Both the position numbers and the translations under genes were made by a program. A DNA stretch of 33,066 bases, taken from Cystobasidiomycetes sp. EMM_F5. Taxonomy: Eukaryota. The notes under the pieces are model-generated. The model saw only the letters and a program-made list of their open reading frames with translations, was not told the DNA's origin and did not search any database. Below are positions 11,545 to 21,987 of this stretch, piece by piece. Numbering within the stretch: the first letter of the stretch is position 1; the number at the start of each line of letters is the position of its first letter. Location of the stretch: the NCBI GenBank assembly GCA_051047955.1, contig JBPGPT010000003.1, positions 806,001 through 839,066 of the forward strand, given 5' to 3'.

Positions 11545-12696
11545 TCACAATGCTTCTGGATCTATCGTTGGACCTTCATCCTCCTCACCCTCCTCTCTAG
11601 CTGACGGGCTTCCACTCCTGCTCCTACTTCTCTGTAATCGAGCAGATTGAGGCGGTTGACGCACTTGATCAGGACCTTCTTCAACATCAACATCCATATC
11701 AGCTGGAGCAGCAGAAGAGTCCTGCTCTTTCTCCAAGTCACCCGCATCACTCTTCACGCCATTTTGTGCTGGATGTATCAGAGTTGATGCGTCGTCGAGT
11801 ACGGTTTGTCGAAGTGGAGACGGCTGAAACACTTTTGCGGAGGGATTCAGTTTTGGGAGCTTAGAAGAATCTACGGCCATTGATGAGATGGCTTCTACGC
11901 TTATGGGCAAGTCGGTGGTCTGATGATCACCCTCCATCACATCGATAGTCGTATTCGCTGATGCAGCATCGTCCTGCACATCATCGTCCATCGCCTCTCT
12001 TCGTTCCTGCTCGGCCTTCTCCTCCTTGATGCGCTCTCCAAGGTCTTCTAGACTTTTCACAACCGCACTAAAAGCAGTTTGCCGTGCAGACCAGGTTTCG
12101 GCATATCGCTCCTGTTCTGCTTGCAGCTCGCGTAATTCAGTCGTCAACCGGTTGATGTTTTCGGAAGAGTGTGCTCTCGATGGCAGCTTCAGAGCCTCTT
12201 TGGCGATACTATCGTAGACGATCTTGTTTTTTCGACTCTGTTGTGCTTGCTGTAATTGCTCTTTTAGGTCGACGATGCTCTGCTCAGAGGTCGCTGTTTC
12301 ACGATCTATTCGAGCCATCTCTTGCTCGTAGCTGCCAATCTCAGCAGCGGCTACGATGCCAGAGCGACCCTTGGCAATATTCACAGTATCCTGCCCGTCC
12401 AGTTCCAGGATCAGCTGGGCATACGCTGCATCTCTGCTCTCAGAAGCGACATGTTATTCCATCAGTATACTTGAGATGACCAAGATAGCGGTGTCAGGGT
12501 GTGCACTCACACTTCTTCTACAGAGCAATTAGCTATCGCATAGAACTTCTTAATGAGCCGCTTCAACGGCCTTTCGTCAACTTGTAACCGTGCTCGTATA
12601 ATTTCTGCATGCGGGCATTAGCATAGATTGCTGGTTAGATCCACGCTAGACGGCGTCCTCATATACCAATATCTCACCATCATCAGTCAAGGTCAT
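11545..12696 (-). CDS. THOC7: THO complex subunit 7 (Thoc7/Mft1-like), 333 aa; exons 12696-12678, 12604-12511, 12433-11545
   Basis: Spliced N-terminus MTLTDDEIIRARLQVDERPLKRLIKKF, then a coiled coil with RKNKIVYDSIAKE..LPSR typical of Thoc7, and an acidic disordered tail. Confidence 0.9.
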
Positions 12697-12775
12697 GTTT
12701 TGCGGTTGGGTCGGACGCAAAAAGCCGACATCGAGCTCAAAGAACGTCTTCATGAGACCAACATGAAGTGACACC

Positions 12776-13249
12776 ATGCTTCTAGATCAGGACGACCATC
12801 CTACATACAAGCCAGTGAGTGCTCGGAAATTGCTGCTTGATGTCGCTGATAGTTTTCGTTGTCCAGGCTACTATCGATGCCATATTCCGCACGATGTCCA
12901 AAGACAGCCCTCAGCTAAAAAGTCGGTTTCTTCAATGCAGTAGGCAAACATGTCAGCATGTCGGCTGACGCGTAAGGTGTCCCAGTCAGCAACACCGCTA
13001 TGTCATTGTCTGCTGAATACATTCGGTTATTTACTCTAGAGGCGTACGCGCGAATGGCTCTGTGATATACACTACACCCCACGACTGACACCTTTCAACT
13101 ACGTGTTCCGTATTGCATACAGCATCCACCGCTCAGCGTCTACAGCAAAGGCCGAACAAAATCAATCACGGGCGACCGAAAGCGCGCAAATGGATGTCCA
13201 ACACCTCGAAGCTAACGCTGCTGCTGTTATTCTCGACTATGGAGCATAA
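12776..13249 (+). CDS. MHF2: CENP-X / MHF2 histone-fold protein, 92 aa; exons 12776-12814, 12867-12921, 12986-13043, 13123-13249 (not in ORF track)
   Basis: Three introns with GT donors, CTGAY branch points and CAG acceptors give MLLDQDDHPTYKPATIDAIFRTMSKDSPQLKISNTAMSLSAEYIRLFTLEAIHRSASTAKAEQNQSRATESAQMDVQHLEANAAAVILDYGA*. This matches the CENP-X pattern IS..A..LSAEY.RLF..EAI.R...HLE.....LLD(F/Y). Confidence 0.88.
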
Positions 13250-13513
13250 CATAAGATGAGACGATAGGTTGTCACTGTCGCCTGCGGCTGCAAGACATGC
13301 TGTTCTTCCTACTCAAGCGGTACTGAGAGGAGAAGGGCCAGGATACGGATACAATCCGGGAGCGTATGCTGTCGAAGAATGAGCGGCACCCATGACAGAC
13401 ACATATGACTTTTCTCCGATCCTGCGTCAGAACTATGCTTATAGCCCAGTAAAACTTCCACGACAAGTAGCAATACATATCGCTTCAATCTGACTTATAG
13501 CTATCATATACCC

Positions 13514-14694
13514 TCAATCGGCCTTCTTCATTAAAAGAATCCCCAGCGGCCAAGAGCAATCGATAAGGCGGCCGTCAGTGGGAAGGTCCTGTTGTAGGTC
13601 TTGTATGCATTCATCCGCAATATGAATACTTGGGTTGTGTTGCTCCATATAAGTATGTACAGACGACCACGTCCTCAGTTGACTTCGGAGACCTTCCACG
13701 TCCAGCCGTTTGTGCATCAAAACAGGATGATGTGTTGTCTCCGGCGGAGCAGGATTGTCCCGTGTACGAGTTTCATCGATGGTATTCTCGCCTTGATCAT
13801 ACTTTTGTCTTATGAAGCTTGGCCTATTCCATCCGTCTCCTGAAGGAAATGGAACGAGGTCATAAAGGCTCTCTGGTCCCCTCCGGCCAGGTTCCCAGTA
13901 ATCCTCTGAGATCCCTGCGTCAACAATGCCTCGTAGCGTATGGCGAACTTGCATTGCACTCACTGAGTTTCTCGAGGCCAAACTTGGCGACCTTCACGCT
14001 TGCTTTTGGGTAAGCGGGAAAATAGAGGTATGAGTAACCCCAGTAAGCGACAGTGCCGCCCGGCTTTAGTATCCGCTGTATTTCTTTATAGACGATCTCA
14101 TGGTCGAACCAGTGTGCCGCTTGCCCTGTATCGTTCGTCTTAGTCGGTGACTTGGGAAATGTAGGTGTACGCGGGCTTACCAGCAGTGACTAAATCAACG
14201 CTGCCACTCTCCAGCCAGCTCAAATCCTCAGCCGCGCCGACGCGGTACTCAGTGGCAGCGAGTCCCGATGCCTTGGTACCAGCTTCGAGCAGTGCTTGCG
14301 GATCGTGCTGTAAAGTGGTCTTGGCCGCTTCTATCATGCCCTTCCCCGGGTCAGTTCCAATGACCTTTGAAAAGGAACCTGACGCTGCAAGAAGGACGGT
14401 CGCCTGTCTGGGAACGATTTGCAGACTCATCAATCACTGTCGCAACCGAAAGCGAGAGTAATATCCGGCATACCCTGGCCCGCAACCTAAATCTACGGCA
14501 GTTCCCTGGCCATCGATGTTAGCGTACTTTAGGATGCTGTTGATCAGAGTAGAGGGGTATGCTGTGTTGTGTGCACGTTAAAAATCTTGTCATTTGGCAT
14601 ATCTGGACATCATCTTGCTGTTCGTCGTCGGCTCACTCGGTCGGTGCTTCAGATAAGCAGCCGCGTCAAACGACTTCTTCGCGAAAGTAGTCAT
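13514..14694 (-). CDS. Class I SAM-dependent methyltransferase (Tmt1/Crg1-like small-molecule methyltransferase), multi-exon
   Basis: [22 protein letters not shown]; motif [66 protein letters not shown]. Confidence 0.92.
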
Positions 14695-14953
14695 GTCGAT
14701 GTCTTGAGACGCAAAACAGAAAAGAGGGGCGGCATCGTGCTTCTATTAGCGAGACATGCAGAGCGGACTTTGTTGAAGGGGCGATTACATGGCTGTGTCC
14801 AAGACACGTGAGATGGCACAGATCAAAAAAGGCACGGACAGAACACGGATCCGCCGACCGTCGGGAAAGTGCAAATTACTGTAAGCGCTGCCTATATACA
14901 TGTTAGACTGCGCCATCTCCACCACACCTTCTACTTTGTACATGACGACTGCC

Positions 14954-17481
14954 TCAGAAAATCGGACCGGCCGCAAGGCACAAATTTCTAGGAGTGAACT
15001 TTGTAGTAAAGATTGGTGTTCGTTTTGTGGGTAAGGTTAGGAGGAGGTCACTGCCATCATTATCTTGCACGCGTTCGTTGCCACGCTTGCCTAGCGTACC
15101 ATTTGCTGTCGACCCGCCTTGCGACGAGCCCAGTGAATGTCGGTGAGCCGAAAGGACGTCCCATACCTTCATTGTGCAATCAGCAGCTCCAGAAACCAAC
15201 AGAGATGATTCGACACTGAAGTTGAGAGTATGGACACGCGCAGAGTGACCTGCCATTGACTTGACCAGTCTGCCAGAGCCGAGATCCCATAGATTCACAT
15301 TGAGGTCATCGCCGGAAGATGCTAGATATCGTCCATCTGGAGACAGGGCGATGGCAGAGACCGGTCCCGCATGTCCAACGAAGACGCGAACGCAGGAACC
15401 CTTCTGCACATCCCACAATCTACATGTACGATCACTGGAACCAGTTGCGAGGTACAAGGTGTTCGGATGGAAACGGACACACTGTATTGGAGGCGAAGCG
15501 AGCGAAAAACGTGAGGGAGATCAGTCCGCTTTTCTACACACATGGGGGCTTCCGTGTCGCCTTACATCAACATCGCTGAGATGACCAGCGAAAATCCGGA
15601 CTGCAGCTACTCGCTCGGTAGTCCATAAGCGTGCAGTCCGATCTCGAGAAGCTGTCGCAAAGTATACTCCTCGAGGACCCCACTCTACGTCCCACACCGG
15701 GTCCCTATGACCTCGATACGATACAATGGTCGAATAAGATTCCATGCTCCACAGGCGCACGCTGGTGTCTTGTGAGGCGGAAAGTAGGTATTTTGGCGGT
15801 CCACTCGGCCCAGGCAGCGGATCAAAGGACATTGAGTAGACTGGTCCACTGTGACCAACAAGTTTGCGCGACGTCGGGGCATTGAGCGAATTTTCTTTCA
15901 GACTTTGCAAATCGCGCGATGTGGTCACATCGCTAGCGATAAAGTCAGAACGTATTCCTGGCATACGCTCGCCTTTGAGGTTCCATAATCGGATATGTGA
16001 CTCGGAGAAGCCTGCAGCCAGTAGCGTAGAGTCATCTGAGAATTCGGTAGCAGTCAACCTATTTCGAAGTCCGGCAAGTCAGCGCCATTACTTTGCATTG
16101 GCAATATAATTACACACGTATCGCCAGAGTCGTGTACAGTGAACATGCACACGCTTGGTAACGAAAAGCGGGCTTGCGACTGATCTGTTGTACTGCTGAC
16201 GAGAGCTCGAGGGGAATTGTCGTCAACCAGTGGACCCAGTCGTATTCGCTTGCGAGCCTCTCGGACTTTCTCGACCTCTCGTCGAACATCGACAGTCCGA
16301 AAGGATGGTGGGTATGGAGGTAGGTCACTTTGGGCTATGGGGGATAATGTCGATGTAGACGGTTTTGACTCGTTGTCGGATGAGTCTATGAGATGCAAAG
16401 TACCATTTGCTTGGGGTCGAGCAGCTTCGGAGCTTAGTATGCGCTGCACTTCTCTATCCAATTTTGGATCGGCTGGCATTGGTCCTAGCTTCAGTGGAGG
16501 GACGGGTGTGGCAGCTGAGGTCGAAGCAATAGCCGTTGATGCATCGGCAGTCGCATCCACTACGAGTTCGCTCTCCAAGCCGCCATCCGTGATTGTGTTG
16601 CTTCCGCTGGATGCACTGTGTGCGCCAGAGGCGACTGCCCGGTTATGTGCTGCGAGTGCTTTTGCATCGACAATATCGACTCTGACGCGCTCGTTGATGA
16701 TGCCTAGCATTTTCTCTCTGCCTCTTTCGTGCGTCTCTTGGCTCGCAGCAGCTCCATGCCCGCCGATAGCACCGCTTAGACCCTGTGCTTGCACGACACC
16801 ACCCTGCAACCAGCCCAATAGCAGTGACCAACCCCGCCTGGTCATTCGAATAATGTACCTCTCCCTCCTCCATCTGACTGCTTGCTCGTGCTCCATGATT
16901 GCTGGAGGTGTCTTGCACGCTGCCAGTAGACGGACCAGACTGGGGTGGGAAACGCCATAGTCTGTAGAAAAGGTGTTGAAGATGGACTCGGCTTGGTCTC
17001 GATAGCTGAGGATGACGAGGTCGAGATAGGAGTGGACGAATACGGGTAGCAGGATGGGCAGGAGCTCTGGTCTGTGGATGTCGAGAGAGCCAAAGACAAA
17101 TTCGCGTAGTCCCATGAGCCCGTCTCGAAACGGGGCAGGATCCTCGCGAATGCCCGCCAGACCACCTCCAGCTCCTCCAGCTCCTCCACGCTTGTTGCCC
17201 TGTCCCGATGGCCCGGATCCGCCTAGATTTCTCGTTGTAAAAGTCTCCTGCGGGACTGCTCTTCCTGCAGCTTGCTGCTGCTGACCGGACCCGGTACCCT
17301 CCAGCTCATGCCGCAGAGCACTGGCTGCTCCATGGTAGCCGCGCTTGAGCAGGTACTCGAGGACTATGGTGTTGTGCTCTGCGTTGCTGTTTGCTGCAGG
17401 GTTGCCGCCGTTGCCGCCAGACGGGGCAGCACTCCCGTTTGTGTTGGCAGCGGATGCTACCGACGCAGCCTTGTTGGACAT
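14954..17481 (-). CDS. TAF5: TFIID/SAGA subunit TAF5 (LisH + NTD2 + WD40 repeats), three exons
   Basis: LisH IVLEYLLKRGY; NTD2 SLDIHRPELLPILLPVFVHSYLDLV; LPSVCMFTVH; WD40 repeats (LVGHSGPVY, YRGHRDPVWDV, FAGHLSDVD, FHPNTLYLATGSSDRTCRLWDVQKG); C-terminal TKRTPIFTTKFTPRNL. Confidence 0.97.
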
Positions 17482-17635
17482 GAGAGCATGAATGGCGACA
17501 CAGAGTTGGGGCAGAGCGATAAATCAAGTCTGTGAATTGATTGCATGTACTCGATCACGGGTGCTGGGACTGACTGAAACGACGAGTCCCTGCACGCCTG
17601 CTCCCAGCCAACAGTACTGCACTCCGAACAATGAA

Positions 17636-20600
17636 ATGCACACGGACAATGGCTCGTCTACGCCCAAAGAGCAGCAGCAGCAGCAGCAGCAGCGAACCCC
17701 CGTTGCAGCATCGTCATTGCCGGTGAAGCAGCCTGTAATGCGGTCAGGGCAGCAGCAGGTGCAGACAGAGGCACAGACCGGCACTGCAAACGGTATCGCG
17801 CTCGTAAAGGACAGTGGTCCAAAGCACGCGAGTGCCAGGATACCCACCGTTACAAACGCCTCTTTGAACGACGAACAGCCGGTTCCTGTCAAGAGCCCAT
17901 ACAGGCACAGAAGCGTGTCTGGCAATGCGAGATCCATTTCTCCAGAGCCACGTCTGTCAGATGCGTCAACGTCCGTTTACTCACCCACCGCTGCAGAGAG
18001 GACGACAGCAGCCGCGTTGCTTGCCGAGCCTGCCGAACAAGTAGGGATAGGCGAGACGCCAGGCGCAACAGGCAAGGCAAAGCGGCATATCGAATCAACA
18101 AGGACTCGCGTACCGGTGCGCAGTATTCTCAAGGCTGCCCCCGCGCCGTCGCCCAAATTCAGTTTCAGGCGAGACGTCATCAACTATGTAGGCGAGTCTA
18201 TCGTAGCTGCCGCATCCTCGGGCGGCGTCGCAGGCATTGGAGTAAGACACACGCCAAATGCTAGTGCCTCCACATCTGTGCCTTCCGACGCTGCTTCACC
18301 TGCAGCATCAGCATCATCGAATCCCGATAGCAGCATCACCCGAAGCGCGTTTTGGAAACGCATAGGGGGTGCAGTGACGGCAGTCGCCGCTCAGGTGCCC
18401 GTCCCCCAAGCAGCAGCTCGAAGTCTGACCTCTCTAGCGGAACGACACGCTCACGCAAAATACAGCGGATCAAGCAGTATCAGCAATGTCATTTCGCCCC
18501 TCCTCTCAAGCGCAGATGCTAAGACGGGACTACCGAACGAATCAAATCCACACAGCTCGACCACCTCTACAAGCAGATCCGCGTCCGAGACTGACAATCT
18601 AAACTCACTCAAAGCCGTCTCATTTGCCATGTCTACGCTCACCGTCGTCTACCCCATCAGCACGCCCCAGCCGCCTGGCAGTGAAGCTGCAACTAGAAGG
18701 AGGGTCAATAAGGAATATCATAGACGACAGCGCGAAAGGCACAAGTCAGGCTGGTCTATCGAAGACTTGCGCAGACTCTACAACGATTGCTGCAGGACCC
18801 GAGATGAACCAGGAATACCAGAACTCGGAAGACTGTTGGCGGTGAGCGTTGTCTATCAGAAATCGCGGTCACACCTGAGAATGAACATATGTCTTAAGGG
18901 AAACGCGTTGCCGAAGGCCATCGACTTGAGCAATGTTCCCCTTACTGCTGGATCAGTCCTCGTTCTCTCAGATTTGCTATCCGTCAAGTTCGGTTTGAAG
19001 CGACTGATCTTAGAGAACTGTGGGCTGGATGACGAGACAATCAAGCCCATACTGCACGCACTCCTGGTGTCGGGCTCTCCGCCAACACTATCAATTGCCA
19101 ACAATAAAAGGTTAAAAGCCAAAGGCTGGAGAATGATATCAAGCTTTATGTCACGAGCTTCTTTTCTTCGATATCTCGATGTATCCGAAAATCTTGTCGA
19201 CAAACGTACAGCCGAACTGTTGCTCCAAGCTGTGACAGCGAGCCACGACTCGTCCTTACCATCAGCGAACGCTGGCGGAGATCTAAGCCCTGGTACCTAC
19301 CATGCGACCAGCCGGGATAGGCGGGACGGCGAGACGTCTCGCGACCGCATAGCACCCAATGTTGAAGAAGCCGTTTCTGCTACTGATTCCGAAGATGCTT
19401 TACCACCCATGGCAACCGCACCGCTTCTCCGTAAACATGTAAAATCTGCCAAGCGCAAAACCTCTGATTCTGCAGTCACGTCTCTCCGGCTCGAAGCTTG
19501 CTCGCTTAAAAATCCTACTCTAGACATCATTGCACACGCCGTGAGACAGTCTGATATCAAGCACATCTCGTTGCGTAAGAATCGCATCAACCACATGGGG
19601 GCAGTCGCTTTAGCCCTCCTTATACGAGATTACGAGTTATCAGCACCTAGCGCAAATATGATCACATCGGCTCAAAGCTTTTCCGATGTCGATAGGCTGC
19701 AAGATATAAGCAATAATGGAACATACCCGTTAACAGAGGGCGGCTATCCCGCAGAAAAAGGTCTGTGGGTTCATATTTTGCCGACTTGACCACAATGCTT
19801 ATTCAGACCAAAACAGCACATCGTCCTGCTCCTGGGTCTCCTGCCAATTATCATCTTCCTGGAAACAGTGTGACTGCTCGTCTTGAAGCAGCTGCTATGA
19901 AAGGTGCACAACGGCGACCGTCATCCCCCCTTGAAAAGACAGGATTACCTGAAGGCATTCACGGTGCATCGCCGACGACTACGCTCGAAGACTACGACGA
20001 AACGTACTCTAGTTTTGGACCGGAACGAAATCGCGGCCGTGTTCAACTCGCTAGCGAACGAGAGGCCATGCGGCATGCCGAGCATAAGTTGCGCCTTACG
20101 AAACAAATCGAAGCGCTGCCACGGATTGGCAATCTACTGACGCTTGATGTGCGCGGGAACGATATTCGCGTATGTTTAGCCTTGAATACGAACGGAGGGA
20201 GCGTACTGACACACGTGAACGCAGCACGGAGTATCATACATTGCTCAAGTCTTGAAGCGAAATAGAACGCTACGAGTACTGAATCTCAGCGAGAACAGGA
20301 TTGATGTTCAGAGTCTACTCGCCATTGCAGAAGCATTGGTGCGTGTTGTTGCCCGTATATTATGGGCTCTCGACTAAACTGATGCAACATATCAGAAATA
20401 CAATTCTACGCTGGAAACGCTTGATCTGTCTCTGAACCCTTGCTGTGGGCCAGAAACGGATGGGGTTTTAGCATTGCGTTCGGCATTCTCTTTCAACACG
20501 AGTTTGAAGCGGATCTACCTGAACGCCACAGACGTATCATCTCTGGGTGCGATATCTCTGGCCGAGTTTCTGCCCGAGGTTCATAATCTCATTCATCTGG

Positions 20601-21826
20601 ATTTGACAGATAATCATGAGGTAGGTGCTTCGGGCTTGATCATCCTGAGCCGCGGTCAGTGTGAGGACGAATCGTGATTCTAAAGTGGGCTTTACGATAT
20701 GCTTTAGATCGATATAGCTGCGGTCATGGCAATGGCTGCCGCTCTGAAGCTCAATACCTCAATTCGATGCCTCGATCTCAGTATACCGCCTAACGAACCC
20801 GAATATGCTCGTCTTTCTCAGGATATTATGCAATCCTGCATCCGGAACACCGAACTTGCACAAGACCATGCTTCAAACAAGGGCCTAAAAGTCGCCCGAC
20901 CGATATATAAGTCTGGACTTGCTAAGGACCTAAAGGAGCTGGAGAACGGGTCGATACCGCAGCACATTGCCGAACGCTCTTTGGCAAGCCTCCCGCCTGT
21001 CTGGCAGATGATGGCTCAAACAGCGCAGGAGTGCATTGGCCTACTGATGCATCATCTAGAGTCTATCGATGAAAAGCGCCGAAATCTGGAAGGTTTCGTC
21101 GGCGAACCCCTAGACAGCGTGATCAATCGCAAGGTCGCGGCGAGCTTGGAGGAAATGCAAAGCATATTCCGTCAATTGCAACCAGGAGAGCAGAAGGATG
21201 TTGTTGGGGCGCTCAACAGCCAACTGGCTATCCTCTCGCAGCGATCAATATTTCTTGACGACTCATCGCCTCACGTTTCGCAACACTCACGCACGGCCTC
21301 CAGATCGTTCACCACGATGACGCCGATCGGACCGGATATGCCATCCAATTCGCAATCTCCGGCGGAGCTTTCCAACCAAGTCCCTTCTCCCTCCTTTTCT
21401 ATCGCCGACTCCGACGAGTCGGAAGGTGACACAGGTCAAGATCACGTTGCGCCGACAGTATTACTGAGCAAGGGCAAAGCTCCTCGCTCCCTCCGACTTT
21501 CGCCGTCAAAGGGCGAGCCACCCGAGCTTTACGATAATGCGGATTGCACTTCACCACGCTCACCGGTTGAACATCACTCTCGCTCGCTGACGCTCGAAGA
21601 GGGCGAGGTCTTCCGGAAAGGCACCTCGCGTATCGGACAAGACAGGAGTAAGACTCTGCTTGACGTTTTGGATCAGAGTCACGATGCATCTGGCGATCTA
21701 CTGAAATATGAGATACTGGATACTCCAGTTGAGCCGCGTCCCAGGAGAGCGAGCATTGTAGCAGAAGCGGACGTGATGGCAGCGACTTCATCGCACGTTG
21801 ACGAATATGTTTCGTCTGTCGAATAG
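17636..21826 (+). CDS. RNI-like leucine-rich-repeat protein, Mhp1/PPP1R37-like putative PP1 regulatory subunit, multi-exon
   Basis: LYNDCCRTRDEP; LRRs (LKRLILENCGLDD, LRYLDVSEN, IKHISLRKNRI, LLTLDVRGNDIR, LKRNRTLRVLNLSENRI, LKLNTSIRCLDL); SILK and KAVSF motifs. Start placed at ATG 17636 rather than 17492. Confidence 0.85.
17672..17692 (+). repeat. (CAG)7 polyglutamine tract in the LRR gene
   Basis: Seven consecutive CAG codons. Confidence 0.9.
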
Positions 21827-21987
21827 CAGGGAGTACTCTTGTAGCGCCAGGGTTTTAGGAATTGCATCAGCCGATGAGTGCCGTTGCCTGTTATCTGTTA
21901 CGCTCTGTTGACCTCGACATAACTAGTGCCGGGTTCTCGGTACGGTAGAGCGGCTTACAATCGGTGCGACTCTATGGCAGAAAGACA

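Noticed and set aside
13430..13516. Stop-codon readthrough giving a cryptic peroxisomal PTS1 (checked for the methyltransferase and the GST fusion)
   Set aside because: No TGA-CTA context, and the extensions end in TGL and VPL rather than an SKL-like signal.
16217..16960. 247-aa + strand ORF and similar antisense ORFs over Bir1, the GST fusion and the LRR gene
   Set aside because: Shadow frames opposite well-supported genes, with no motifs.
17492..17635. ATG 17492 as start of the LRR protein
   Set aside because: It lies only 10 nt from the divergent TAF5 ATG, leaving no room for promoters; ATG 17636 is preferred.
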